Assembly: GCA_943354045.1 (NCBI GenBank)
Contig: CALRBF010000002.1
Location: 1-58,725, forward strand
Direction: 5' to 3'
From: Parcubacteria group bacterium
GTDB taxonomy: Bacteria; Patescibacteriota; Minisyncoccia; SW-4-49-11
Length of the DNA stretch: 58,725 nucleotides
In this document: in pieces, positions 9,341 through 18,160 of the stretch
Position numbering within the stretch: the stretch's first letter is position 1
Layout of the letters: every line of letters begins with the position of its first letter
Position numbers and translations under genes: made by a program
Notes under the pieces: model-generated
The model's input: the letters and a program-made list of their open reading frames with translations, nothing else
Told to the model about the DNA's origin: nothing
Databases searched by the model: none

Positions 9341-11077
9341 ATGGCTAAAAGAGAATTAATTCGTATATATAACCTTGAGAAACATTATGGACTCAAGGTT
9401 ATATTTAATACTGCTACTTGCTCTATTCATGAGGGAGAAATTTATGGTGTACTTGGTCGCAATGGAGCGGGGAAGAGTACCTTATTTCGTATGATTTTGG
9501 GACTAGAAGACCCAGATGATGGAAGTATTACTTTAGATAAATCTACTCGCATTGGCTATATTGCCCAAGAAGATGAATTTGATTTAGAGCAAACAGGAAT
9601 TAATTATTTGATAGAGACTACGCAAAGTCAAGATTGGGAAATATTCAAACAAGCCCTAGAATTCGATATGCCAAAAGAAAAATTAGAGCTTCCTATTGGG
9701 GATATTTCGGGGGGATATCGTATGCGATTAAAGCTTATTCGAATGTTAATGGCAAAGCCAAATCTCATACTTTTGGATGAGCCGACCAATTATCTTGATC
9801 TTTCCACTATTCTTTTATTAGAACATTGGCTTATATCCTTTAAAGGAACAGTATTATTGATTACTCATGATAGAGAATTCCTCCGACGAGTAATGACCAG
9901 CACCATAGAAGTTGATCAGGGACAAATATCTTTGTATCCTGGCAATGTAGATGAGTATTTTGAATATAAGCAAACAGTACAGAACCAAATTATCCGTACC
10001 AATGCTAATATTGAGAAAAAGCAAGCCCAATTACAAGAATTTATAGACCGATTTGGAGCAAAGGCAAGTAAAGCCGCTCAAGCTAAATCCAAGCAAAAAC
10101 ATATTGAGAGATTATCTCAGGAGAAAAAAAGTATATATACCCCCAGCTCAAAAGTAAGAATGCATTTGCCTTTTATTGCCAAAAGTTCAGGTATGGGATT
10201 AGATATACCTCGTATCAGTATTGGATATGATAAAACGATAATCGCAGAGGGTCAAAATCTATATGTAGAAAGAGGGCAAAAAATTGCTGTACTCGGAGAT
10301 AATGGACAAGGAAAATCTACACTTTTGAAAACTCTCTCTGCTGAATTACCTCTATTAAATGGTGAATTTAAATTTGGGAATGGACTCAAAATTGGATATT
10401 TTGCCCAAAGTGTAGAATTCGATACCCAAAATCAGTCTACTATTTATGATTATTTGAGAAAAGTTGCAGATATATCCATCAGCGATGATGATGTCAAAAG
10501 AACTCTTGGAAGTTTCTTATTCTCTAAAGCAGAACATGATAAGCCACTCACCGTATTATCAGGAGGGGAAAAGGCAAGATTGCGACTCGCAGCAGTATTC
10601 CTGGAAGGATATGATGTCTTAATTTTGGATGAACCTACAAACCATCTCGATATGGAAACTGTAGAAATTATGGGAAGTTCCCTAGCAGAATGGGGAGGAA
10701 CTCTTATTTTTGTGAGCCATGATAGAAGTTTTGTCAATAATCTTGCAACTATGATTTGGCAAGTAAAAGACGGCGCCATCACCAAATATAATGGGAATTA
10801 TGAAGAATATGTATGGAGCCTACAGCATCATGCTGATCAGACTAAAGAGCAGAATACCGAAGCCATTACTCAAACCGTATCTACCTATGCCGGAGATGAG
10901 AAAACGCGTAAAAGAGAATTATATCAAGCTCGCAAAGAATTAAATAAAATAGATAAAAAAATTGCGGACTTAAAAGAAGATGTAAGACTAGGAATAGCAG
11001 AATCATCTCAAAAACTCGCAACACAAGAGGCTCTCTGGGTAAAAGTTATGGATTCGATAGAGCATTTAGAATCCTAA
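9341..11077 (+). CDS. ABC-F family ATPase (two ABC domains, no TM domain)
   Basis: Two Walker A motifs (GRNGAGKST, GDNGQGKST), two signature/Walker B sets (SGGYRMRL..LLDEPTNYLD; LSGGEKARL..ILDEPTNHLD) and a coiled-coil tail. Confidence 0.9.
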   Translation: MAKRELIRIYNLEKHYGLKVIFNTATCSIHEGEIYGVLGRNGAGKSTLFRMILGLEDPDDGSITLDKSTRIGYIAQEDEFDLEQTGINYLIETTQSQDWEIFKQALEFDMPKEKLELPIGDISGGYRMRLKLIRMLMAKPNLILLDEPTNYLDLSTILLLEHWLISFKGTVLLITHDREFLRRVMTSTIEVDQGQISLYPGNVDEYFEYKQTVQNQIIRTNANIEKKQAQLQEFIDRFGAKASKAAQAKSKQKHIERLSQEKKSIYTPSSKVRMHLPFIAKSSGMGLDIPRISIGYDKTIIAEGQNLYVERGQKIAVLGDNGQGKSTLLKTLSAELPLLNGEFKFGNGLKIGYFAQSVEFDTQNQSTIYDYLRKVADISISDDDVKRTLGSFLFSKAEHDKPLTVLSGGEKARLRLAAVFLEGYDVLILDEPTNHLDMETVEIMGSSLAEWGGTLIFVSHDRSFVNNLATMIWQVKDGAITKYNGNYEEYVWSLQHHADQTKEQNTEAITQTVSTYAGDEKTRKRELYQARKELNKIDKKIADLKEDVRLGIAESSQKLATQEALWVKVMDSIEHLES

Positions 11078-11082
11078 ATTAT

Positions 11083-11877
11083 ATGCAAGATTATAATAGT
11101 GAGAAGCGCAAGGCCTATTCTCAAAATTTTGTCAAAAACCCTGCCTTAATACGCTATATTATTGATTTTATTCCCTTGCCCCCAAATTCCCTCATCTTAG
11201 ATTTAGGAGCAGGAGAGGGTATTATTACTAAAGAATTAATCGCAAGAGAATATAGAGTACAGGCAATAGAACTTGATCCAGATTTATATAGTAAGCTACA
11301 AGATAATTTTGGGGATAAAGCAACTATTATCAATCAGGATATTCGCAAAATAGAGTATCCCAGCGAAAGCTTTGCAATTATATCTAATCCACCCTTTGCT
11401 ATATTCTCCGAGCTCATCAAAGGATTATATACTGCAAATAATAGTCCAGAATCCGCCCTCATATTCGGACAAAAAGAAGCAATAGAGCGCGTAATTGGGG
11501 CTACAGAGCCGAGTATTATCTCTATAATACTTAACTCATTATATAATTGTGAAGTAGTCTATAATTTTGAAAAAACAGATTTCTCTCCAGCTCCTAGTGT
11601 CAGCGTACAGTTATTACGATTAGAGCAAATCCCAACCCCTATTTGGGAAGTAAAACAAGATTATATCAAGTTTATAACCTATGCTTTTGGACAGCAAAAG
11701 TCCAATTTGATGAAAAATCTCGAGCCTATATTCACCTATGAACAATGGAAAAGACTATCCAAAACCCATCAATTCCATATCAAATCCCGACCACAAGATT
11801 TATCCATCACCCAATGGAAAGGATTATTCCGATATTTTTATGAAACAGTAGACGAGAAAAAAAAGAAATTGATATAA
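11083..11877 (+). CDS. Erm/KsgA-family rRNA adenine N6-methyltransferase-like protein
   Basis: YSQNFVKNP (Erm-like SQNF box), SAM-binding LDLGAGEGIIT, and motif IV ISNPPF. It starts 6 nt after the ABC-F stop. Confidence 0.6.
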   Translation: MQDYNSEKRKAYSQNFVKNPALIRYIIDFIPLPPNSLILDLGAGEGIITKELIAREYRVQAIELDPDLYSKLQDNFGDKATIINQDIRKIEYPSESFAIISNPPFAIFSELIKGLYTANNSPESALIFGQKEAIERVIGATEPSIISIILNSLYNCEVVYNFEKTDFSPAPSVSVQLLRLEQIPTPIWEVKQDYIKFITYAFGQQKSNLMKNLEPIFTYEQWKRLSKTHQFHIKSRPQDLSITQWKGLFRYFYETVDEKKKKLI

Positions 11878-11895
11878 AGATAACGTTATTATATA

Positions 11896-11924
11896 TTGAC
11901 ATTTTAGGTTTTTTGTGCTATAGT
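11896..11924 (+). promoter_or_regulatory. Sigma70-type promoter
   Basis: TTGACA, 17 bp spacer, TGc-TATAGT. Confidence 0.6.
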
Positions 11925-11949
11925 TTTTTCGACCTCCGACAACTTGAAC

Positions 11950-12180
11950 ATGGACTTTTTTTATTTGGTAGCGGTAGTTCTTATAGGGCTGTTCGCAGCC
12001 TCTATTCTAGGGTTACACAAATGGATTAAGGCAAACTACATAACATCAATAGTTTCTGTTACAATGTTTTTGACAGTTACAAAAACATCCCCAGCGTTGA
12101 TATTATTAGTATATTTAGTAATATTTTTAGCCTGGTCGATTTTAAGTACATTTCCTAAAAAAGAACCTCCTAAAGCCTGA
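11950..12180 (+). CDS. Small two-TM membrane protein
   Basis: ATG 11950 (the ORF track uses TTG 11944). Hydrophobic 76 aa. Confidence 0.4.
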   Translation: MDFFYLVAVVLIGLFAASILGLHKWIKANYITSIVSVTMFLTVTKTSPALILLVYLVIFLAWSILSTFPKKEPPKA

Positions 12181-12200
12181 ATGAACCACCTCTCTCCAAT

Positions 12201-12226
12201 CCCCGTCGTCAAGGCGGGGTTTTTCT
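12201..12226 (+). terminator. Rho-independent terminator
   Basis: CCCCG-9 nt-CGGGG followed by TTTTT. Confidence 0.5.
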
Positions 12227-12230
12227 TTTA

Positions 12231-12578
12231 TTGTTAATTTACAATAACCATTACTATTGCTATTTTGGAGCTTTTATTATAATATACTCTTGTTCCGCAC
12301 CTTCAATTATGTTTCAATATAAATTTATCAAATTTCTGTACATACATGAAAATAAACTTATATTGTTTTTTAAGTCTATTTTAGTACTGTTTTTTCTTTA
12401 CACAATATTATTCTTAATATTCTGTCCAATAGAAATTATTAAGAATATAGCTAATGTCATCGCATTTCTAATACTGAGATTTTTGATCAATATTATTATT
12501 AGTTGGATTGAGATAAATAGAGATATTTGTACTGATACATTCAGAATCACATTACTCAAAAAATCCCGCCAGCGTTAA
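12231..12578 (+). CDS. Doubtful hypothetical membrane protein
   Basis: TTG start, extremely AT-rich. Its stop lies inside the following terminator loop. Confidence 0.25.
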   Translation: MLIYNNHYYCYFGAFIIIYSCSAPSIMFQYKFIKFLYIHENKLILFFKSILVLFFLYTILFLIFCPIEIIKNIANVIAFLILRFLINIIISWIEINRDICTDTFRITLLKKSRQR

Positions 12579-12594
12579 AAAGCGGGATTTTTTC
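12563..12594 (+). terminator. Rho-independent terminator
   Basis: ATCCCGC-loop-GCGGGAT followed by TTTTTT. Confidence 0.6.
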
Positions 12595-12615
12595 TTTTAT
12601 TAGTTAGAAATTTAT

Positions 12616-12777
12616 GTCCTCCTTTCTACCTACGGTTTACTTGCCGCAGGTAGGTAGATAAATGGAGGCGGTGGTCCCTCCTATACTTTTGTTTAGGAGG
12701 GACCGGAGGTGGATAGAGTTTAAGTTGGTATTTTATCCACCCCCACCGCAAGCGGTCACCCCCTCCGAAGGGGGACA
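12616..12777 (+). repeat. Mosaic hairpin-module repeat locus R1
   Basis: Modules: CTACCTAC-GGTTTACTTGCCGCAG-GTAGGTAG; GTCCCTCCTATACTTTTGTTTAGGAGGGAC; GAGGTGGAT; TTATCCACCCCC; CCCCCTCCGAAGGGGG. Confidence 0.85.
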
Positions 12778-12855
12778 AAATAATAACCCTTAATGTATAA
12801 TGTGTATTTATAAATCATCAACACATGTTATAATAAACGTATATTTAATAACCCT

Positions 12856-13821
12856 ATGCAATCATTTTGGCAATCATTACCTAAACCATTTTTTGTATTA
12901 GCTCCGATGGAGGAGGTAACTGATACAGTTTTTCGGCGTATTATTAGCTCTTGTGGACGTCCTGATGTGATGGTGACAGAATTTACCAGCGTAGAGGGAC
13001 TCGCCTCTGAAATTGGAAGATCCAAAGTTATACATCGATTACAATATACTCCAGAGGAACAGCCCTTAGTAGCCCAAATTTGGGGCATTACACCAGAGCA
13101 TTATTATCAGGCGGGAGTTTATGCCAGAGAACAAGGTTTTGCTGGCCTAGATATCAATATGGGCTGCCCAGTCAAAAAAGTAATCAAACAAGGAGCTTGT
13201 TCCGCACTTATCAAAAATCCCCAATTAGCCTCAGATATTATACAAGCAGCCAAAGAGGGAGCAGGCGATATACCAGTTAGTGTTAAAACTCGTATTGGTT
13301 TTAGTGAAATTCAAACAGAGGAATGGATTGGACATCTCTTACAATCTCATCTAGACGCCCTCACCATACATGGCCGTACCGTAAAAGAATTATCCGATTA
13401 TCCTGCTCATTGGGATGAAATCGGAAAAGCAGTAAACCTAAGGGATAAGATAAATCCCCATACTCTCATTATTGGGAATGGAGATATTCTATCTTATCAG
13501 CAGGGACTTGATATCGCCACTCAATATGGTGTAGATGGGATAATGATTGGAAGAGGAGTATTCCATAATCCTTGGATATTCAATCCCAATATAGACCATA
13601 ATACACTCAGTATAGAGATAAAGGTGCAAAAACTCATCGAGCATATACAACTTTTTGACCAAACTTGGGGACAAGAGAAAAATTTTGCCGTGATGAAAAA
13701 ATGCTTCAAAATGTATCTCAATAATTTTCCAGGAGCCAGCGATATCCGCTCTAAGCTTATGCAATGTAATACAGCTGAGGAATGTATTAAAATTTTGAGG
13801 ATTATAATAGACAAAATATAA
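12856..13821 (+). CDS. dus: tRNA-dihydrouridine synthase
   Basis: FVLAPMEEVTDTVFRRI, catalytic-region NMGCPVKKV..GACSAL. 321 aa. Confidence 0.9.
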   Translation: MQSFWQSLPKPFFVLAPMEEVTDTVFRRIISSCGRPDVMVTEFTSVEGLASEIGRSKVIHRLQYTPEEQPLVAQIWGITPEHYYQAGVYAREQGFAGLDINMGCPVKKVIKQGACSALIKNPQLASDIIQAAKEGAGDIPVSVKTRIGFSEIQTEEWIGHLLQSHLDALTIHGRTVKELSDYPAHWDEIGKAVNLRDKINPHTLIIGNGDILSYQQGLDIATQYGVDGIMIGRGVFHNPWIFNPNIDHNTLSIEIKVQKLIEHIQLFDQTWGQEKNFAVMKKCFKMYLNNFPGASDIRSKLMQCNTAEECIKILRIIIDKI

Positions 13822-13861
13822 TTTTTATGGTATATACAATAAGCCTCTATATTTTCAGACA

Positions 13862-14266
13862 ATGATCTCCTCAACTCAGGTTCAAAGCATTATTTATCTT
13901 CGAGAGAAATTCTCTCAATTAATCATTCCTCACCCCTCTATAAGATCAGAATCTTTTGATCACAATGAGTTCTTCGGAATTATTCTAAATGGATTAGATG
14001 AATTATTACAATATATAACATTAATAGTAAATTTGAGAAAGTATATTGAAAATGAAGATATTAATGAGGATGTAGATAATATCATCACAACTCTGAATGA
14101 GTTATACGATAATTATCAGCAAGAAAAGGATAGTAATTCATTTGACATTGTAAAATTCAGTCGTAATAATGTAAGGAAGATGTCTCATCTACCCGATAAG
14201 ATTGAAAAAGTTTATAAAATTTTATTAGCAAGAGCTCAATTAGATATTATCAATGTTCTGACATAG
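13862..14266 (+). CDS. Hypothetical protein (island cassette)
   Basis: 134 aa ORF. It is preceded by a duplicated 31 bp promoter-like block and followed by a T-module terminator. Confidence 0.45.
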   Translation: MISSTQVQSIIYLREKFSQLIIPHPSIRSESFDHNEFFGIILNGLDELLQYITLIVNLRKYIENEDINEDVDNIITTLNELYDNYQQEKDSNSFDIVKFSRNNVRKMSHLPDKIEKVYKILLARAQLDIINVLT

Positions 14267-14274
14267 CCTGCCCC

Positions 14275-14299
14275 AAGCCACCCCAATAGGTGGCTTTTT
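14275..14299 (+). terminator. T-module terminator (AAGCCACC-loop-GGTGGCTTTTT)
   Basis: 8 bp stem plus a T run. Related copies are at 16936-16966, 17391-17420 and 18059-18087. Confidence 0.7.
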
Positions 14300-14301
14300 A
14301 A

Positions 14302-14418
14302 ATTCCCCTCTCTCCCTACGGTTTACCTACCGCAGGAAGGGAGATAAATTGAGGGCTTTCAGTCCCTCCCATACTTTAGTTTGGGAGGGGGTGCCGTCTT
14401 TTAGACGGTGGGGTGGAT
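14302..14418 (+). repeat. Mosaic hairpin-module repeat locus R2
   Basis: TCTCCCT-ACGGTTTACCTACCGCAGGA-AGGGAGA; GTCCCTCCCATACTTTAGTTTGGGAGGG; GGTGCCGTCTTTTAGACGGTGGGGTGGAT. Confidence 0.85.
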
Positions 14419-14537
14419 GTGTTCGGATCCCAATTCAACCTCAAATATGCTATAATACAAACATATAAATAAATATAAACTTATCCACTATGGAAAATAA
14501 TAATTCACTATTCTTTAATTATATTCTATAATAAAAC
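14414..14537 (+). promoter_or_regulatory. Leader module copy A: extended -10 promoter plus 13-codon uORF MENNNSLFFNYIL
   Basis: TGc-TATAAT at 14448-14456; uORF 14490-14531. About 95% identical to 18156-18280, and its first roughly 90 bp match 15753-15840. Confidence 0.65.
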
Positions 14538-14555
14538 CATATACTCAATCAAAAT

Positions 14556-15563
14556 ATGAAAAATATAACTCAATATCAAAATCTTGCACAGCATATATCC
14601 AAAATTCTTGAACAAAGAAGAAAAGAAGCCTTAAACAGTCTTAATACAATACTTTTACAAACTTATTGGGAAATAGGAAAAGCCATTGTGGAATTCGAAC
14701 AAGAAGGGAAGGTTAAAGCAGAATATGGCAAAGAATTACTAATTTCACTTTCCAAAGAACTTAAAAAGTATGGAAAAGGTTTTAGTAGAACCAACCTTCA
14801 ATATATGAGACTCTTTTATCTGTCTTTTCCCAAAATACCAGACGCGTCTGGCAAATTGACATGGAGTCATTATGTGGAAATTTTGGGAGTCTCTAATAAT
14901 CTTGCCCGCAACTTTTATGAAAAACAATGTATACTAGAAAACTAGTCAGTAAGAGAGCTCAAAAGACAAAAACAATCAATGTTATTCGAGAGATTTGCTC
15001 TAGGTAAGGATAAAAAGGAATTATTAAAACTGTCACACAAAGGACAAATAATCCAAAAAGCAGAAGATATTATCAAAGAGCCATATATTTTAGAGTTTTT
15101 AGGTATACCGGAACCTTATAATTTTTCAGAAGCAGAACTAGAACAAAAAATTATTGATAATTTACAAATGTTTTTGTTGGAATTAGGAAAGGGATTCACT
15201 TTTGTCAAAAGACAATTCCGTCTAAGTTTTGACAGTCGACATCATTATATAGATTTGGTATTTTATCATCGTATCCTGAAATGTTTTATACTAATTGACC
15301 TCAAAATTGGAGAAGCCGATCATACAGATATTGGGCAGATGAATATGTATTTAAACTATTTCAAAACCGAAGAAAATACACAAGGGGATAATGAGCCAAT
15401 AGGCATAATTTTAAGTGCAGCAAAAAATGATATTAAAATGGAATATGCAATGGGAGGAATAAGTAATCAAATGTTTGTATCCCAATATCAACTATATTTG
15501 CCAAAACCAGAAGAATTAGAAGCTGAAATAGAAAAATTCCTACCCCATACTGAAAATAATTAG
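14556..15563 (+). pseudogene. YhcG/DUF1016-family PD-(D/E)xK nuclease with an in-frame TAG
   Basis: ORFs 14556-14945 and 14979-15563 are in the same frame. TAG 14943-14945 sits where the family has Trp (..ILEN[W]SVRELKRQ..SMLFERFAL). C-terminal ID..DLK nuclease core. Confidence 0.75.
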
Positions 15564-15580
15564 ATCTAAATTGAGCAAAA

Positions 15581-15757
15581 TTCCCCTCTCCACCTACGGT
15601 TTACCTACCGCAGGCAGGTCGATAAATTGAGGGCTGTAAGTCCCTCCCATACTTTAGTTTGGGAGGGGGTGGTAGTCTTTTAGACGGTGGGGTGGAAGTA
15701 CTTGTCTCAATTTTTCTGTCCCCCTTTGGTGGGGGTGCCTGAAAGGTGGGGGTGGAT
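15581..15757 (+). repeat. Mosaic hairpin-module repeat locus R3
   Basis: Same module order as R2, plus GTCCCCCTTTGGTGGGGG and GGTGCCTGAAAGGTGGGGGTGGAT. Confidence 0.85.
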
Positions 15758-15820
15758 GTGTTCGGATCCCAATTCAACCTCAAATATGCTATAATATAAA
15801 TAAATATAAACTTATCCACT
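15753..15820 (+). promoter_or_regulatory. Leader module copy B (promoter of the Bro-N gene)
   Basis: Same block as copies A and C with an 8 bp deletion. TGc-TATAAT at 15787-15795. The shared ATGGAAAATAATAATTCACT is the real gene start here. Confidence 0.65.
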
Positions 15821-16669
15821 ATGGAAAATAATAATTCACTTGCTATTTTTGAGACATATAAAATTCGTCGACATTTTAATCAAGATACAGAGACCTGGTA
15901 CTTTTCTATAATAGATATAATAGCAGTATTAACAGAACAGCAAAATTTCAAAAAAGCTCAAAGCTACTGGACTACATTCAAAAACAGATTAAAAAAAGAG
16001 GGAAGTGAGTTTGTCACAAAATGTGACAAACTGAAATTAGAATCAGCAGATGGAAAATTTTATAAAACCGATGTAGCAGATGTAGAGACAATCTTGCGAC
16101 TGATTCAATCAATTCCAAGTAAAAAAGCCGAGCCAATAAAACTGTGGTTAGCCAAAGTTGGATATGAGCGAATGGAAGAAATGACCGATCCAGAAAAAGC
16201 TCTGAATAGGTCTAGAGAATATTGGCAAAAACAAGGAAGAAGCCAAAAATGGATACAACAGAGAATGACAGGTCAAGAAACAAAAAATAAATTAACCGAC
16301 TACTGGGCTCAAAATGGTGTATCAAGTGGGGCAGAATTTGCAATACTCACCAATATTATACATCAAGAATGGAGTGATATCTCTATAACCCAACATAAGA
16401 AGTTAAAAAACTTAAAGACACAAAATCTAAGAGACCATATGAGTGAAGAAGAGCTAATATTTACAGCATTAGCAGAACTATCCACAAGAAAAATTGCCGA
16501 GACAGAACAAACACAAGGACTGGAAGAAAATAAAATCCCAGCAATAAAAGGAGGTAAAATTGCTAAAGATGCAAGAAAAGCATTAGAAGAAAAAACAGGA
16601 AAATCCGTAATAACTGGAGAAAATTATTTAGTAGATAATAAAACATCTTTAATTGATAAAAAGAAATAA
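15821..16669 (+). CDS. Bro-N domain protein (phage antirepressor-like)
   Basis: N-terminus ..LAIFETYKIRRHFNQDTETWYFSIIDIIAVLTE.. is typical of Bro-N. 282 aa. Confidence 0.65.
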   Translation: MENNNSLAIFETYKIRRHFNQDTETWYFSIIDIIAVLTEQQNFKKAQSYWTTFKNRLKKEGSEFVTKCDKLKLESADGKFYKTDVADVETILRLIQSIPSKKAEPIKLWLAKVGYERMEEMTDPEKALNRSREYWQKQGRSQKWIQQRMTGQETKNKLTDYWAQNGVSSGAEFAILTNIIHQEWSDISITQHKKLKNLKTQNLRDHMSEEELIFTALAELSTRKIAETEQTQGLEENKIPAIKGGKIAKDARKALEEKTGKSVITGENYLVDNKTSLIDKKK

Positions 16670-16678
16670 ACTTTAACT

Positions 16679-16968
16679 TCCCATCTCTCCCTACGGTTTA
16701 CTTACCGCAGGCATGGAGATAAATCGAGGCTTTCGTCCCTCCTATACTTTATTTTGGGAGGTGGGTGGCAGGCTTTGCCTGACGGGGTGAAAGTGTTTTG
16801 CAACTTGTATTTTTGTCCTCCTTCGGAGGAGCTTTAAGTCCCTCCTATATTTATTTAGGAGGGGGTGCCCGCAGGGCGGAGGTGGACATTGTTTTCTTAC
16901 AATTCCAAATTGACTACTCTTCCCCACACCCCCCTAAGCCACCCTCCCAGAGAGTGGCTTTTTTGATT
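16679..16968 (+). repeat. Mosaic hairpin-module repeat locus R4 (ends in a T module)
   Basis: Contains the P, L, S, GTCCTCCTTCGGAGGAG, second L, GGTGCCCGCAGGGCGGAGGTGGAC and AAGCCACCCTCCCAGAGAGTGGCTTTTTT modules. Confidence 0.85.
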
Positions 16969-16971
16969 AGA

Positions 16972-17003
16972 AAAAAAGCTCGAGTTTTATACCCGAGCTC
17001 ATT
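16972..17003 (-). terminator. Rho-independent terminator of the 17020-17304 gene
   Basis: On the minus strand: AGCTCG-loop-CGAGCT followed by TTTTTTT. Confidence 0.6.
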
Positions 17004-17019
17004 TACTCAAAATGATACT

Positions 17020-17304
17020 TTATTTTATATAATGATACTCTATGATATCCCCGGTTCTATCTCTTCGTTTTGGAAATCTCACATGATTAGTTTGTCCATC
17101 TATTGTGATGATATCATTGTCTCTACAATCTTTTAGAAGATTATTTTTTGTATAATCTAAATATTCTTTTGTCTCTGGGTGCTCTGCTAAAAGATGTATC
17201 AACTGAGCTTTACTTATTGTTTTGCTACTCTTTCTAGTAGACATAATAGTTGCCCCTATCAACCACACAACAGACTTGTGTGTGATAGCCGTTTTTGGAT
17301 CCAT
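17020..17304 (-). CDS. Hypothetical small protein (possible start at ATG 17244)
   Basis: 94 aa ORF. The internal ATG has an AGGGG SD-like box. A CACACAA/TTGTGTG hairpin lies in the N-terminal extension. Confidence 0.4.
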   Translation of the reverse strand: MDPKTAITHKSVVWLIGATIMSTRKSSKTISKAQLIHLLAEHPETKEYLDYTKNNLLKDCRDNDIITIDGQTNHVRFPKRRDRTGDIIEYHYIK

Positions 17305-17385
17305 GGAATGATTTGGAGATAACCTTGGTAATTATATATAATTTTTCCAATAATATCAAATACATATAACATAAAAATATAATTT

Positions 17386-17625
17386 TCCCCCTAAGACACC
17401 CTCCCAGAGAGTGGCTTTTTAAATCCCCCTCTTTTGTAATACTCCTCACTTTCGTAGGGGCGACCTTTCAGTCGCCTGGATTTGTTTGACTCTCTCCTTT
17501 GAACTTCTGTCCTCCCTTGGTGGAGCTTTCAGTCCCTCCCATACTTTAGTTTGGGAGGGGGTGACACCTACGGTGACGGCGGAGGATTAGGAGTAAATCC
17601 CATTTGCGACGGGGGAGGTGGATTT
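17386..17625 (+). repeat. Mosaic hairpin-module repeat locus R5
   Basis: T module, TTCGTAGGGGCGACCTTTCAGTCGCC, GTCCTCCCTTGGTGGAG, L module, GGTGACACCTACGGTGACGG, AAATCCCATTTGCGACGGGGGAGGTGGAT. Confidence 0.85.
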
Positions 17626-17723
17626 CGTAATCTCAAAAGTAGTCAGTGAATGTAGACAAAATATAATTTTTATGATATATACAATGTGCACATTTCACTC
17701 CGCTTCGAGCGGAAGTATGGATC

Positions 17724-18041
17724 ATGTTTCATTTTTCAAACCCTTTCGTAAGGAATAAGAAAAAAATAACATACAGTATTGTCTTATGGCAACATTGTTA
17801 TGAGGAGATCTTAAGAATTCTTCAACAAAAAGTATTCACCGAAAATTCTCGATATATACTCCGACTAGCAACAATATTAGCTCTGATAGATAGAGCCATA
17901 GATATCAAGAGTATTTCAGATCCCAGTCGGGATCTATTCGAAAATAGGACAATAACATTTTCCAATGAAATGTCTCTTATAATCGATGATGTTCTTCCCC
18001 GTAATGGCGAGGAAGAGGAAAATGAAGAAGATGAACAATAG
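17724..18041 (+). CDS. Hypothetical protein with an acidic tail (island cassette)
   Basis: 105 aa ORF. Preceded by the duplicated 31 bp block (17655-17685) and followed by a T-module terminator. Confidence 0.4.
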   Translation: MFHFSNPFVRNKKKITYSIVLWQHCYEEILRILQQKVFTENSRYILRLATILALIDRAIDIKSISDPSRDLFENRTITFSNEMSLIIDDVLPRNGEEEENEEDEQ

Positions 18042-18058
18042 CCCTCTACCACCTCCCC

Positions 18059-18087
18059 AAAGCCACCCTCCCAGAGAGTGGCTTTTT
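18059..18087 (+). terminator. T-module terminator
   Basis: AGCCAC-CCTCCCAGAGA-GTGGCT followed by TTTTT. Confidence 0.7.
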
Positions 18088-18160
18088 AAATTCCCCTCTC
18101 CACCTACGGTTTACCTACCGCAGGTAGGTAGGCAGGGAGGGGGTGCCTGACGGGGTGGAT
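18088..18160 (+). repeat. Mosaic hairpin-module repeat locus R6
   Basis: AATTCCCCTCTCCACCTACGGTTTACCTACCGCAGGTAGGT... GGTGCCTGACGGGGTGGAT. Confidence 0.85.

Noticed and set aside
14943-14945. Stop-codon reassignment (alternative genetic code) suggested by the in-frame TAG
   Set aside because: All long conserved genes (rpoB, rpoC, secA, hsdR and others) are uninterrupted and end at standard TAA/TAG/TGA stops. tRNA-Trp has a normal CCA anticodon. A single TGG-to-TAG mutation explains the TAG.
15601-17449. ORF-track ORFs 15601-15819(-), 16742-16927(-), 16798-17136(+) and 17234-17449(-) as genes
   Set aside because: They run through the mosaic repeats and terminator modules. They have proline/glycine-rich translations dictated by the GC-rich hairpins, and they lack promoter and SD context.
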